From positions 3,680,001-3,744,000 of the forward strand of contig OZ244252.1 of assembly GCA_965217185.1 (NCBI GenBank): DNA of 64,000 bases, in the 5' to 3' direction. The notes below the pieces were generated by a model. The model ran no database searches, was not told the DNA's origin, and worked only from the letters and a program-made list of their open reading frames with translations. The stretch comes from an uncultured Candidatus Entotheonella sp. (GTDB taxonomy: Bacteria; Tectomicrobia; Entotheonellia; Entotheonellales; Entotheonellaceae). Position numbers and translations under genes: made by a program. Below, in pieces: positions 37,617 through 48,087 of this stretch; position 1 is the stretch's first letter; the number at the start of each line of letters is the position of its first letter.

Positions 37617-39017
37617 TTACCCTTCCCCAACCCCGCCTTCTAGCGGAGGGGCTTCTTTTTCTTGGACATCGTCAACCGTGCAGGCGAGTTGTCCGTCGTG
37701 CAGAACAAGTTCCACGTGCTGCCCTGGTTGCACGGGCGCAGCACGGGTGATGAGCTGTTGCGTGGCGGCGTCGCGGCAAATGCCATAGCCGCGCGCCAGA
37801 ATGGCCAGAGGGCTGAGGGAATGTAGCTTGCCGCCGAGGCCGTGCAGCGTTTGACGGCGCAGGTTGAGGCAGGATCGGGTAGCCGTCTCGAGGCGTCGGC
37901 GTTGGATGTCGAGATGCGCGTGCTGCCGTTGCCAGCGCCACTGCGGGTTCGACCGGGCCAGTGTCTTGATGGCGATTTCCAGGCGCCGGGTGCGGCCCTG
38001 CATGTCGTTCAGCCAAGCTTTGTCGAGTTGCAGCATCAGGTCGTCGACCTGTTGCTGCCACGCTTGCACGAAGCGGTGCGGTGCGCGGAATGGGCGCGTC
38101 GACGACAGATGCTCCAGGGCGGTGGCCGAGCGCATGAGGGTGTGCTGCACCACGTTGTGCATGCGCGCCAGCAGGGCTCCGGCTTGCTGGCTCAATTCTT
38201 CGGCGCTCTTGACCACCAATTCAGCCGCTGCTGAGGGCGTCGAGGCGCGCAGGTCGGCAACGAAATCGGCGATGGTGGCATCGGTCTCGTGACCGACTGC
38301 CGAAATGATCGGAATTTCCGAAACGGCTATCGCCCACGCCACGGCCTCTTCATTGAACGCCCACAGGTCTTCCAGCGAGCCGCCGCCGCGCCCCACGATC
38401 AACGCGTCGAGGGGCGGTTCGAAGGCGTTCAGCGCCGCGATGGCCCGCACGATTTCCCCGGCGGCTTCCTTGCCCTGCACCCGCACTGGGTAGAGAAACA
38501 GGTGAACGTTGGCGGAGCGCCGGTGCGCGACCTGGATGATGTCGCGGATGGCGGCGCCGGTGGGCGAGGTGACAATGCCGATACGCTGGGGCATCACGGG
38601 CAGGGGCAGCTTGCGGTCTTCGTCGAACAGCCCTTCCTGGAACAGACGCGCTTTCAATTGCTCGAAGGCGATTTGCAACGCCCCGACGCCCTTCGGCTCA
38701 ATCGCTTCGGCGATCAACTGGTAGTCGCCGCGCGGCTCGTAGACGCTCAGGCGCCCGCGTGCGATCACCTGCATGCCCGCCTCCGGCGTGAATGGCAGTT
38801 GCCGCACCGACGAGCGAAACATGACCGTGCGTAGCTGGCTTTTGGCGTCTTTGAGCGTGAAATAGGCGTGACCGCTTTGCACCAGACGCAGGTTGGATAT
38901 CTCGCCCTCGATCCACATCAAGGGGTAGGAATCCTCCAGGATCTCCTTGATTTCCTGGGTGACCTGGCTGACCGTCAGGACGCGGCCAAAGGGGGATTCA
39001 AACGGCGGCGACTGCAA
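37617..39017 (-). CDS. xseA: Exodeoxyribonuclease VII large subunit
   Basis: GEISN, SGHAYFTLKD, GRGGGSLEDL, AVGHETD; start approximate. Confidence 0.95.
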   Translation of the reverse strand: MQSPPFESPFGRVLTVSQVTQEIKEILEDSYPLMWIEGEISNLRLVQSGHAYFTLKDAKSQLRTVMFRSSVRQLPFTPEAGMQVIARGRLSVYEPRGDYQLIAEAIEPKGVGALQIAFEQLKARLFQEGLFDEDRKLPLPVMPQRIGIVTSPTGAAIRDIIQVAHRRSANVHLFLYPVRVQGKEAAGEIVRAIAALNAFEPPLDALIVGRGGGSLEDLWAFNEEAVAWAIAVSEIPIISAVGHETDATIADFVADLRASTPSAAAELVVKSAEELSQQAGALLARMHNVVQHTLMRSATALEHLSSTRPFRAPHRFVQAWQQQVDDLMLQLDKAWLNDMQGRTRRLEIAIKTLARSNPQWRWQRQHAHLDIQRRRLETATRSCLNLRRQTLHGLGGKLHSLSPLAILARGYGICRDAATQQLITRAAPVQPGQHVELVLHDGQLACTVDDVQEKEAPPLEGGVGEG

Positions 39018-39273
39018 GGCCGAACCTCGCTTTTCTGAGTATATTGAACATTTTGGGAGGCAACATTGTACAGCAAAAGGCCGCCATTGCAACGCGCCCA
39101 GCGGGGCTCTGAGGGATGCGGCGCTTATGCATGGCCGTCTTGCTTTCGTCAGGGGGCTCCAGCAAGATAGGTCCAGCAAAGCAGGCTCGGAGGGCCGAGT
39201 CTCGCGGTGCACGACATGGCGCGCGGCCGACCCGTGCCGCCGCATTGGCTTCCAACCTATCGTCAAGTCCACC

Positions 39274-40428
39274 ATGCCTATGACCGTCCCGCTCCACCCC
39301 GTATCCGGGGACGTACTATGCCGCAGCGCGTTGTTCGCGGCGCGCCGCTTCGGCCGCTACCTGGTGGTCGAACTGCTGGCACCGCATCGCGTGATAAGCA
39401 CCTCCGCGGTCGGCGGCGGGCAACGGGACGACCTGCGTTTCCTGGTCAACCACCAGAGTTGCGAGGGGCAGGGTGATCAGGAGCGCTACGAACTGATCTC
39501 ACGTATGGGACTGGACGCCTATCACCGTGCCGTGTGCGGGGAGATCGGCATCGACCCCGACCACACCGCCCTGATGGGCACCGCCGCCAACATGGCCTAC
39601 GCTGTCCACCGGTCGGCGGCGTTCGAGGATTTGCGCGTCGACGCGTTCACGACCGCCGGCGTTTCGGGCAACGCCGCTCGGGCGGGCGATCCCGCCGCCT
39701 GGATGGAGACCGACGACGGCTGGCGCAAGGTGTCGCCCTACGCCGGGACGATCAACACCATCCTGCTGCTTGCCTGCCCGGTCACGCCGTCTGCCCATGC
39801 TCGCGCCGTCATCACGATGACCGAGGCGAAATCGGCCGCGCTGGCGGAACTGGCCGTTCCCAGCCGGTACTCGCCGCTCATTGCCACTGGAACCGGCACG
39901 GACCAGATCTGCCTCGCCGCGCCGTTTGATCCGTCACGCAAGCCGAAGGATTCGACCAGTCCGCACGTCAAGCTGGGAGAGATCATCGGGGTTGCGGTCA
40001 AGGCGTCGGTGAAGGAAGCATTGTGCTGGCAGAATGGTCTGGAGCCTTCTAGGACGCGCGACCTGTTCCACGCGCTGGGCCGCTTCGGCCTCACCGCGGC
40101 GCGCGCGGCCGAGCGTCTGCAGGCGTTGTTGTCCGAACGGCGCTACGACTTGTTGGAGAAAAACTGGAACGCCGTCTTCCACGATCCGGGGAGCGCGGCG
40201 GCGGCCCATGCGTTCGCCGCCGTGCTCGACCGCGTCGCGTTCGGCACGCTCCCGCCGGGTCTGGCGAACGAGGTGCTGCGTCAGCAGGCAGCCTGCCTGG
40301 CCTGCTCGCTGGCGGCCAAGCCGGAATCCTGGCCGGTGTTCCGGGCCGAACTCGCCCTGTCGCCCGACGACCCGGTCGAGTTGGTCCTGCGGGCGATCGC
40401 CCTCGGCTGGAACGCCAAGTGGTCCTGA
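39274..40428 (+). CDS. cbiZ: Adenosylcobinamide amidohydrolase
   Basis: MGTAANM, TAGVSGNA, GTIN, TEAK, ATGTGTD. Confidence 0.9.
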   Translation: MPMTVPLHPVSGDVLCRSALFAARRFGRYLVVELLAPHRVISTSAVGGGQRDDLRFLVNHQSCEGQGDQERYELISRMGLDAYHRAVCGEIGIDPDHTALMGTAANMAYAVHRSAAFEDLRVDAFTTAGVSGNAARAGDPAAWMETDDGWRKVSPYAGTINTILLLACPVTPSAHARAVITMTEAKSAALAELAVPSRYSPLIATGTGTDQICLAAPFDPSRKPKDSTSPHVKLGEIIGVAVKASVKEALCWQNGLEPSRTRDLFHALGRFGLTAARAAERLQALLSERRYDLLEKNWNAVFHDPGSAAAAHAFAAVLDRVAFGTLPPGLANEVLRQQAACLACSLAAKPESWPVFRAELALSPDDPVELVLRAIALGWNAKWS

Positions 40429-41387
40429 GCAGCTTAGCGCCGCGTGCCGACCTGCTGGCGGTGGCGGTCGTGTTGGACCTGTTGCTGGGCGATCCGGTCT
40501 ACCGTTGGCACCCGGTTCGGCTGATCGGCGGCTCGCTGAGGTGGATTGAAGCGCGCCTGCGCGCGGCGGGCGCCGACGGGTACCTTGGTGGGTGCGTTCT
40601 GTTCATCGTTTTGGCGCTCGTCTGGGGTGGGAGCACGGCGGCTTTGCTCGCCGGCACGGCACAGCTGCACCCCGTGGCGGGTTCGGCGGTGCATCTCTTT
40701 TTGCTATACAGCCTGCTGGCGCTCCGCGACTTGCTGAAGCATGTGGGAGCCATCAATACTGCCGCGGTCGCCGGTGATCTTGCCGCCGCCCGGCAGGCGG
40801 CCGGCCGGCTCGTCGGCCGCGACACCGATCGCATGGACGCCGCCGCTTGCCGACGCAGCGGCATCGAAAGCCTGGCCGAGAATCTGGTTGACGGGTTCGT
40901 CTCGCCGATCTTCTGGTATTGCTTGGCCGGCGTGCCTGGGATCGTGGTGTTCAAGACGGTCAGCACGATGGATTCGATGGTTGGCTACAAGACCGCGCGC
41001 TATCTCGCGTTCGGCTGGTGCGGCGCGCGTCTCGACGACCTGATGAACCTGATTCCGGCACGGCTCACGTGGTTGCTGATTGCGTGTGCCGCGGTGTTGA
41101 CGCCCGGCAGTTCCAGTCGCGGTGCGCTCCGTATCGGGTGGCGGCAGCACGCCGTCGTGCCGGGACCGAACGCCGGCTGGAGCGAGGCCGCGCTCGCTGG
41201 TGCGATCCGTCGCCGGCTGGCAGGACCAATCTGGCTGGGCGGCCGGCGGGTAACCGACGTTTGGATCGGTGATCCGGCCGCTGCCGCTGCCGGAACGAGT
41301 GCGGACTGCCGGCAGGCGCGGCAGACGGTGCTGGTGACCGTCGCCTTGGTCGTTGGTGCGGCAATCGTCTTGCTGGCTGCGGCGTAG
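40419..41387 (+). CDS. cbiB: Adenosylcobinamide-phosphate synthase
   Basis: LGDP...HPV, LVGRDT, ESLAEN, DSMVGY, PNAG. Confidence 0.93.
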   Translation: MVLSSLAPRADLLAVAVVLDLLLGDPVYRWHPVRLIGGSLRWIEARLRAAGADGYLGGCVLFIVLALVWGGSTAALLAGTAQLHPVAGSAVHLFLLYSLLALRDLLKHVGAINTAAVAGDLAAARQAAGRLVGRDTDRMDAAACRRSGIESLAENLVDGFVSPIFWYCLAGVPGIVVFKTVSTMDSMVGYKTARYLAFGWCGARLDDLMNLIPARLTWLLIACAAVLTPGSSSRGALRIGWRQHAVVPGPNAGWSEAALAGAIRRRLAGPIWLGGRRVTDVWIGDPAAAAAGTSADCRQARQTVLVTVALVVGAAIVLLAAA

Positions 41388-41428
41388 CGGCCTGGGGGGT
41401 TATCTGCATTGGCAAACAGGGAGGAAAC

Positions 41429-42052
41429 ATGACTGGAGCCAACGGCGGCGCGCATGAGGAACGCGCCCACAAGGAGCGTATGAAGATAGTCCAGGCAGAG
41501 CAGCGCAGGAAGCGTGCGGCGGCCACGAATCCCGGACAAGGGCTCGTGTTGGTATACACCGGCAACGGCAAGGGCAAGTCGAGTTCGGCCTTCGGCGTGA
41601 TGGCACGGGCGCTCGGCTGGGGACAGACGATCGGTGTCGTGCAGTTCATCAAGGGCGATTGGGTGACCGGCGAGCGCCAGTTTTTCGAGCGCTTTCCAGA
41701 TCAGGTGGCTTGGCACACCATGGGCGAAGGCTTTACCTGGGATACGCAGGACCGCGCTCGTGACACCGCTGTCGCCGAGGCGGCTTTCGCCAGGGCTTGC
41801 GAGATGCTGGCGGGGGGCGAATACGACCTCGTCGTTCTCGACGAGATCAACGTCGTGCTGCACTATGACTACTTGTCTTCCAGCGCCGTGCTCGACGGGC
41901 TAAAAGCCCGCGCGCCGCGCACCAGCGTCATCCTTACCGGCCGCGACGCCAAGTCCGAGATCGCCGATTACGCCGACCTCGTGAGCGAGATGCGCGAGGT
42001 GAAGCACCCGTTTGCAGCCGGCATCAAGGCGCAGCGCGGCCTCGACTTCTGA
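41429..42052 (+). CDS. cobO: Corrinoid adenosyltransferase
   Basis: YTGNGKGKSS, QFIKG, GEGFTW, LDEIN, TGR, KHP. Confidence 0.95.
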   Translation: MTGANGGAHEERAHKERMKIVQAEQRRKRAAATNPGQGLVLVYTGNGKGKSSSAFGVMARALGWGQTIGVVQFIKGDWVTGERQFFERFPDQVAWHTMGEGFTWDTQDRARDTAVAEAAFARACEMLAGGEYDLVVLDEINVVLHYDYLSSSAVLDGLKARAPRTSVILTGRDAKSEIADYADLVSEMREVKHPFAAGIKAQRGLDF

Positions 42053-42149
42053 TCTTGCCGGTGGATCTTGAGTGCCCGTCGCGGTGCCGAGACGGCCCGC
42101 ATTGACACACACACCGACCTGCCGTTAACATACCGCCACGCTGAGAAAG

Positions 42150-42310
42150 CCGGGTCGTATCGCAGCGCCCGCTGCGATCAGGGAAGATGGTGCGAAGCCA
42201 TCGCTGTCCCGCAACTGTGAGCGGAACGAAATCTGCAACCGCCACTGAGGCAGCCGCCTCGGGAAGGCGCAGAGAGTAGGTTGTAGCCGCAAGCCAGGAG
42301 ACCTGCCCGG
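42150..42310 (+). ncRNA. Cobalamin riboswitch
   Basis: AGGGAA..GGTG..A..CC...CTGTCCCGCAACTGT, GCCACTG...GGGAAGG, AGCCAGGAGACCTGCC (B12 box) upstream of the btuB-like gene; 5' end approximate. Confidence 0.92.
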
Positions 42311-42517
42311 ACTTTTTCACTGGAGAAACCTTTCGAGGGAGAGGGTGCCAGTGAAGGTCACACGTTCCAACCGCTCAGGTTGTTCTTCATACGCCTTCCA
42401 CGTGTCAACAACCCGTTTTCGTTTGCCACACCCCTGGCATCCCCTTGCCTCCCGACGGCGAGCCGGCGGTTTGCGCCGTCCGGTGTGCTGCCTAACACGT
42501 TACGGGAGAGGGGATCA

Positions 42518-44410
42518 ATGCATCACAAGAGTTCAAGCTTCATCGCAGTTTGCCTGCTCTTAGTCCTGGGGCTGCAGGCGCCCGCCATCTGGGCGCAGCA
42601 GGACGAAGACACTTTCCAACTCGACCCGCTGATTGTCACCGCTACCCGTTCGGCGGAGCGGCTGAGCCAGACGACGCGCTCGGTGACCGTCATTAGCGCC
42701 GAAGACATCGCCGCGCAAGGCGCCCATACGGTTGCCGACGCGCTGCGTAGTGTTCCCGGCCTTGACGTGGTGCGCACCGGTTCGCGGGGCGCGACAACGA
42801 GCATCTTCACCCGCGGTAGTGAGTCGGACCACACGGCTGTGCTGATCGATGGGGTGAAGGTAAATATCCTCTTGGATGGCAAGTTCGATATGGCCGATCT
42901 GTCGGTAGACAACATCGAACGCATTGAGGTGGTGCGCGGGCCGGCGAGCACGCTATACGGCAGCACCGCCACTGGCGGGGTTATTCACATCATCACCAAA
43001 AGGGGCAGCGGGCCCCTGAGCGTCAATCTGAGCGCCGACGGCGGCAGCTTCGGGACCAATACGCAACGGGCCATCGTGAGTGCCGGAACAACCTGGGGCG
43101 GCTTGTCGGTATCCGCCAGCCGCGTCGAGTCGGACGGGCACCTGGCCTTCAACAACCAGTACGACAATGCCAACGTATCCCTACGCGCCGACTTGTCACC
43201 GGACCAGCACACGAACATCGACCTCACGTTGCGCTACATTGACAGTGAGTACCACTTCCCCACCGACGGCGCCGGGCGCGTCCTATTTCACAATAAGTAC
43301 CAGACTACCCACGAGACCGCCGTGGGCCTGCGGGGCGCCCGTGCCCTGTTGCCTTGGTGGAACAGCAGCTTGCAACTCGGCTTCCATCAGCGCAAGCGTT
43401 ACAGCTATCCCGAGTCACCCGAAGAGTCACTCTTTGTCACCAGCGAAAAACGTCTGTCTATCGACTGGCAATTGGTGTTGGACTTCCACCTCGGTAACTT
43501 CACGCTGGGTGTGGCGCACGAGGATGATGAGGACACTGAAAATGATTTCCGCCGGGACAACACCGCCGGATACGCGCAGCTTCGCTTGAAGCCGTTGGAG
43601 CCCATCGTGCTGGTTGGCGGCCTGCGGGTCGATAGACACAGCAAGTTCGGCACCGAGTTGACCTATCAGGTCTCGGCGGCCTACTTCCTGCCCGGCGGCA
43701 CCAAGCTGCGGGCGGCCCTCGGCACCGGTTTCAGGGAACCCCTGTGGGGCGAAATTTTTTCTACCCTCTGGACCGTTGGCAACCCGGACCTTGATCCGGA
43801 GCGCAGCATGACGTGGGAGTTGGGTGTCGAACGGCGGCTGTGGGAGGACCGCTTGCGGTTGGAAGGCGTCTTCTTTTCGAGCCGCTTTAAGGACCTGATC
43901 GAATACAACAGTTCGCCGCCGGAGGGCCAGTCCAACTTCTTCAATATCGAAGAGGCCAGGGCGCACGGGTTGGAGTTGTCCGCGACGGTCACGCCGCTGC
44001 CGGCCTGGACTTTCGGCACCGCCTATACCTGGCTGCGCAGCGAGGTCACCAACGCCGGTGCCGGCATCTTTGGATTCTTCGCGGAGGGTGAATCCCTGCA
44101 TCGCCGGCCAGAGCACAAGGTGCGGCTGTTCGGCCAGTACACGCGCGGGCGCTTCGACGGGCGCGTGGATCTGTACCACATCGGCACGCGCGCCGGTCTC
44201 GATTGGTTTACTTGGCCGCCCAAGCGCGAAGACAACCCAGCGTATACCAAGGTAGACGTATCCATCGGCTACAAGCTCATCGAAAACGAGCGGCACACGC
44301 TGGAGCTGTTCGGGCGTGTGGAAAACGTCTTCGATGAAGACTACGAGGAAGTGTACGGCTTTACGGCGCCCGGCTTCGCGGCGTTCGGCGGAATCAGGAT
44401 GACGCTGTAG
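42518..44410 (+). CDS. btuB: TonB-dependent corrinoid receptor
   Basis: Signal peptide, VTATR, VLIDG, IERIEVVRGPAS plug motifs; riboswitch and context. Confidence 0.85.
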   Translation: MHHKSSSFIAVCLLLVLGLQAPAIWAQQDEDTFQLDPLIVTATRSAERLSQTTRSVTVISAEDIAAQGAHTVADALRSVPGLDVVRTGSRGATTSIFTRGSESDHTAVLIDGVKVNILLDGKFDMADLSVDNIERIEVVRGPASTLYGSTATGGVIHIITKRGSGPLSVNLSADGGSFGTNTQRAIVSAGTTWGGLSVSASRVESDGHLAFNNQYDNANVSLRADLSPDQHTNIDLTLRYIDSEYHFPTDGAGRVLFHNKYQTTHETAVGLRGARALLPWWNSSLQLGFHQRKRYSYPESPEESLFVTSEKRLSIDWQLVLDFHLGNFTLGVAHEDDEDTENDFRRDNTAGYAQLRLKPLEPIVLVGGLRVDRHSKFGTELTYQVSAAYFLPGGTKLRAALGTGFREPLWGEIFSTLWTVGNPDLDPERSMTWELGVERRLWEDRLRLEGVFFSSRFKDLIEYNSSPPEGQSNFFNIEEARAHGLELSATVTPLPAWTFGTAYTWLRSEVTNAGAGIFGFFAEGESLHRRPEHKVRLFGQYTRGRFDGRVDLYHIGTRAGLDWFTWPPKREDNPAYTKVDVSIGYKLIENERHTLELFGRVENVFDEDYEEVYGFTAPGFAAFGGIRMTL

Positions 44411-44435
44411 GGCGCAACCCCAAGGAGGGCGAAGG

Positions 44436-45428
44436 ATGGCCAGACGAATTGCCGGGCGCGCAGCGGTTGCGGTTGTGCCGGCGGTGTTGATCGTGCTTGG
44501 CGTTGTGGCGTTCGCGGCCACCGGCGGCACGACGCGGTTGTCCCTGCTCGGCGCGCGGCCCTTTCACGCCACGCAGGTTGTGGGGCAGGACTTCCCCAAG
44601 CGGCTGATTGACCCGTCCGGAATCCCGCAGACGCTGGCCGCGCCGCCGAACCGCATCCTGTCGGGGGTGTTGGCCAGCGACGAAATCCTCACCGCCCTGG
44701 TGCCGCCCGAGCGGTTGGCTGCGGTGACGTATCTGGTCGACGAGCCGGGTTTGTCCGACGTCGCCAAGCTGTTACCGCCGGGCCTGCCGCGCATCCATGC
44801 CGAGGCCGAAACCATGCTGGCCTTGCGCCCCGACCTGGTGGTGCTGGCCAGTTACACGCGGGCCGCCACGGTGCGCCTGCTGGTGGCGGCGGGCATTCCG
44901 GTGGTGCGCTTTCAGTGGTACCGCTCGTTTGCCGACATCATGAACTCGGTCCGCATGCTGGCCGCCGCGGTGGGGGCGGACGACAACGGCGCTCGGCTGG
45001 TCGATGACATGCGGCAGCGCATCGCCGACGTGGAAGGACGGACGCAGGGCTTGGCGCGGCCGCGCGTGCTGTATTACGGCGGCGGCTACTCGGCCGGTGA
45101 GGACACCCTCATCGACGCCATGATCACCCTGGCCGGCGGCCACAACGTGGCGCGGGACGTGGATCTGCGCGGACAGGGACGGTTGCCCCTGGAGGTTGCC
45201 GTCAGCCTGCGGCCCGAGGTAATCCTGGTTTCGGCGTGGGAGCAGATAACGGGCGGCAACCGCGTCGCGGCGTTTCTGCATCACCCGGTTTGGGCCGACG
45301 TGCCGGCCGTCCAGGACGGGCGCGTCTACGGCATCAAGGGCGCCTGGCTCAGTTCGGTATCCCACTATTCGGTAAACGCGCTCGAAGCCATCGCGCGGGT
45401 GCTGCATCCCGAGGCGTTTTCCCTGTGA
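44436..45428 (+). CDS. btuF: Corrinoid ABC substrate-binding protein
   Basis: PNRILS, LALRPDLV, PAVQDGRVY. Confidence 0.8.
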   Translation: MARRIAGRAAVAVVPAVLIVLGVVAFAATGGTTRLSLLGARPFHATQVVGQDFPKRLIDPSGIPQTLAAPPNRILSGVLASDEILTALVPPERLAAVTYLVDEPGLSDVAKLLPPGLPRIHAEAETMLALRPDLVVLASYTRAATVRLLVAAGIPVVRFQWYRSFADIMNSVRMLAAAVGADDNGARLVDDMRQRIADVEGRTQGLARPRVLYYGGGYSAGEDTLIDAMITLAGGHNVARDVDLRGQGRLPLEVAVSLRPEVILVSAWEQITGGNRVAAFLHHPVWADVPAVQDGRVYGIKGAWLSSVSHYSVNALEAIARVLHPEAFSL

Positions 45429-46459
45429 GACGACGACAGCGAGTCCTGGCGTGCACGTTGGCCGGGCTGGGGTTGGTGGCCGCCGTGCTGGCGGGGACGA
45501 CGTACGGTGCGGTGTCCATTCCCTGGCGTCATCTCGCCGGCATCCTGGCGCACGCCGCCGGGCTGCCGGTGACGCCCGACTGGCCGACGTGGGAAGCCAC
45601 CGTGCTGCTGCACGTTCGCCTGCCGCGCGTGCTGGTGGGCCTGTGCGTGGGCGGCGGCCTGGCGCTGTGCGGCGGCGCCCTGCAAGCCCTGTTCCGCAAC
45701 CCCCTCGCGGATCCCGGGGTATTGGGGGTGTCGTCCGGCGCCGCCTTGGGTGCGGTCATCGCCCTGTACCTCGGCTTGGCCGCCCACTCCGTCTGGCCCC
45801 TGCCCATCCTGGCCTGTGGCTCGGCCGGCCTTACTGCTTTCGTTGTCTACGGCATCGCCACGCGGCGCGGTCAAACGCCGATCGGCACCCTGTTACTGGC
45901 GGGCGTCGCGGTGGGCAGCCTGAACGCCGCGCTGACGTCGTTCGTGCTGTCGCTGTCCCTGGCCAACTACGACATCGGCCGCCAGTTGATCCTGTGGCTG
46001 CTGGGCGGCCTGGATGGGCGCACCTGGGAGCACGTCAAGCTGGTGGCGCCCGTCACCCTGGTTGCCGCCGGCCTGATCATTGCCTATGCCCGCGACCTGG
46101 ACGTGCTCCTGCTGGGCGACGTCCACGCCGCCTCGGTTGGCGTGGACGTGGTGCGGGTGCGCCGGGTGCTGATTATCGCCACCTCACTGGTCACCGGCGT
46201 TGCGGTTGCCGTTTCCGGCGTCATCGGCTTCGTCGGCCTGATCATTCCCCACATCCTGCGCCGGCTGATCGGGCCGCACCATCAATGGCTGCTGCCCCTC
46301 GCCGTGGTTGTCGGCGCCGCCTTCCTGGTGTTCGCCGATTGCCTGGCGCGCGCCCTGATCGCCCCCGAAGAATTGCGCCTCGGCGTCCTCACCGCCCTCA
46401 TCGGCGCGCCGTTCTTTCTCTTCCTGCTGTTGCGGCACCGCCGTGAAGGTCTGCTGTGA
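45425..46459 (+). CDS. btuC: FecCD/BtuC permease
   Basis: RLPRVL, FRNPLADPGVLGVSSGA, IGFVGLIIPH. Confidence 0.85.
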   Translation: MRRRQRVLACTLAGLGLVAAVLAGTTYGAVSIPWRHLAGILAHAAGLPVTPDWPTWEATVLLHVRLPRVLVGLCVGGGLALCGGALQALFRNPLADPGVLGVSSGAALGAVIALYLGLAAHSVWPLPILACGSAGLTAFVVYGIATRRGQTPIGTLLLAGVAVGSLNAALTSFVLSLSLANYDIGRQLILWLLGGLDGRTWEHVKLVAPVTLVAAGLIIAYARDLDVLLLGDVHAASVGVDVVRVRRVLIIATSLVTGVAVAVSGVIGFVGLIIPHILRRLIGPHHQWLLPLAVVVGAAFLVFADCLARALIAPEELRLGVLTALIGAPFFLFLLLRHRREGLL

Positions 46460-47256
46460 TGTCGGCGCTGCTTGAGGTGCGTGACCTGACCTTCGCGTAC
46501 CAGGACCGCGCGGTACTTTCCCGGGTCACCTTTTCCATTGGCACGGGTGAGGTGGTCGGCCTCGTCGGCCCCAACGGCAGCGGCAAGTCGACCCTGTTAC
46601 GCCTGGCCTTGGGCCTGCTCGCGGCGGATCAGGGTGAGTTACGCGTCGTCGGCACCCCCATCGCGGCGTTGTCGAGAAAGGCCCTGGCGCGCCACGCCGC
46701 GTTCGTGCCGCAGGACACGGTTATGGAGATTGCCTTTACGGTTCGGGACGTCGTGGCCATGGGGCGGCACCCGCATCTGGGACGTTTCCAGCCCGAAACG
46801 CCGGCGGACGAGGCAGCGGTCCGATGGGCGCTCGAGGCCACGTCAACCCAGGCGCTGGCCGAGCGCACTCTGCAGGAACTCTCCGGCGGCGAACGCCAGC
46901 GGGTGATTCTGGCGCGGGCGCTGGCCCAGCAAGCCACCATCCTGTTGCTGGACGAGCCGACGGCCAATCTCGACGTGGCGCACCAGTTGGAGATGCTCAT
47001 GTTGGTGCGCGCCGTGGTCCGGGAAGGGCGCTGCGCCCTGATCGCGATCCACGACCTCGCCTTGGCGGCGCGCTTCTGCGACCGAATCGTCATGTTGTCG
47101 GAGGGAGCCGTCGTGGCGCTGGGCACGCCGCGGGAGGTCATCACCGAGGCGCATTTGGCGCGCTATTTCCGCATCCAGGCCAAGGTGCGCTGGGAGCCAG
47201 AGCTCGGCGGCCTGCTGGTGCTGCCGCGCGCGCCGCTGCCGGAGCGGGACTGCTAA
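46456..47256 (+). CDS. btuD: ABC ATP-binding protein (FepC/BtuD-like)
   Basis: GPNGSGKS, LSGGERQR, LDEPT, HDL. Confidence 0.85.
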   Translation: MMSALLEVRDLTFAYQDRAVLSRVTFSIGTGEVVGLVGPNGSGKSTLLRLALGLLAADQGELRVVGTPIAALSRKALARHAAFVPQDTVMEIAFTVRDVVAMGRHPHLGRFQPETPADEAAVRWALEATSTQALAERTLQELSGGERQRVILARALAQQATILLLDEPTANLDVAHQLEMLMLVRAVVREGRCALIAIHDLALAARFCDRIVMLSEGAVVALGTPREVITEAHLARYFRIQAKVRWEPELGGLLVLPRAPLPERDC

Positions 47257-48002
47257 AGGGGTTCGATGTCGGCGTAGGTGACGTATGTGGGCTGGGAACT
47301 TTTCGAGTGGATGTCGTCGTTGCTGACGGGGGGGATTTCTCGTTGGACGACTTGCCCTGGCTGGGCCTGGATGGGTGAGGTGAACATCGGGCCGTCGATG
47401 ACGCAGGTGTGGAACTCGCCGTTTTCGCCCAGGGGGTCGATGCCGTCGGGCAGGTCGGCGAGGAACTGGCGGTCGAACCACCGGCCTACCATGCCGCTCG
47501 GCAGCCTGGCGTCACTGGCGGTGATGATGGCGCGCACGCCGGAGGCGATCATCGTCTCGGCGAGTTGGGAGGTGTCGTTTCCCCAGACCGGGAAAAGGGG
47601 CGTGAAGCCGGTGCCGCTGAGCTTGTCTTCCCGGTAGCGCCGGATATCTTCCAGGAACAGGTCGCCGAAGGCGAGGTGCGACGCCGTCCGGTGTTCCGGC
47701 AATGTCTGCACCCGGTCCAGAAGCGCTTGCATGGCGGCTTCGTACTGCGCGTTGGTGCACGGCGACGGGATGGCGATCTCATAGAGCGGCAGGCCGAGCC
47801 GTTCGGACTGCAGCTTCAGGACCCAGCGCGGCGTGGAGTGGATGGAGATGCGGTCGAAGGTCTCGGTGACGGTGGTAAAGATGCCGCGCACCTCGTAGCG
47901 CTCGGGCTGTTGCCGGAGCGTGTGCAGTGCCCAGGCGGAGTCTTTGCCCGAAGACCAGGAGACCATGACGGGTACAGGGGTGGTTGGATTGGCGGCGGCC
48001 AT
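47253..48002 (-). CDS. PP-loop ATPase (DUF71/diphthamide synthase-like)
   Basis: SWSSGKDS, FGDLFLEDIR, GENGEFHT. Confidence 0.88.
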   Translation of the reverse strand: MAAANPTTPVPVMVSWSSGKDSAWALHTLRQQPERYEVRGIFTTVTETFDRISIHSTPRWVLKLQSERLGLPLYEIAIPSPCTNAQYEAAMQALLDRVQTLPEHRTASHLAFGDLFLEDIRRYREDKLSGTGFTPLFPVWGNDTSQLAETMIASGVRAIITASDARLPSGMVGRWFDRQFLADLPDGIDPLGENGEFHTCVIDGPMFTSPIQAQPGQVVQREIPPVSNDDIHSKSSQPTYVTYADIEPL

Positions 48003-48056
48003 TGCTTCCTCTCATGCGGGCGGAATATCCGCTGCCAGCCTGGGATGCGAGTGGCG

Positions 48057-48087
48057 TGTCGGATTACGCGGCGCTAATCCGACCTAC
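48057..48087 (-). repeat. GTAG REP element overlapping the DUF4340 stop codon
   Basis: tgtcggattacgcggcgctaatccgacctac. Confidence 0.8.

Noticed and set aside
39100..39270. Second riboswitch upstream of cbiZ
   Set aside because: Only short hairpins; cobalamin riboswitch core motifs are absent
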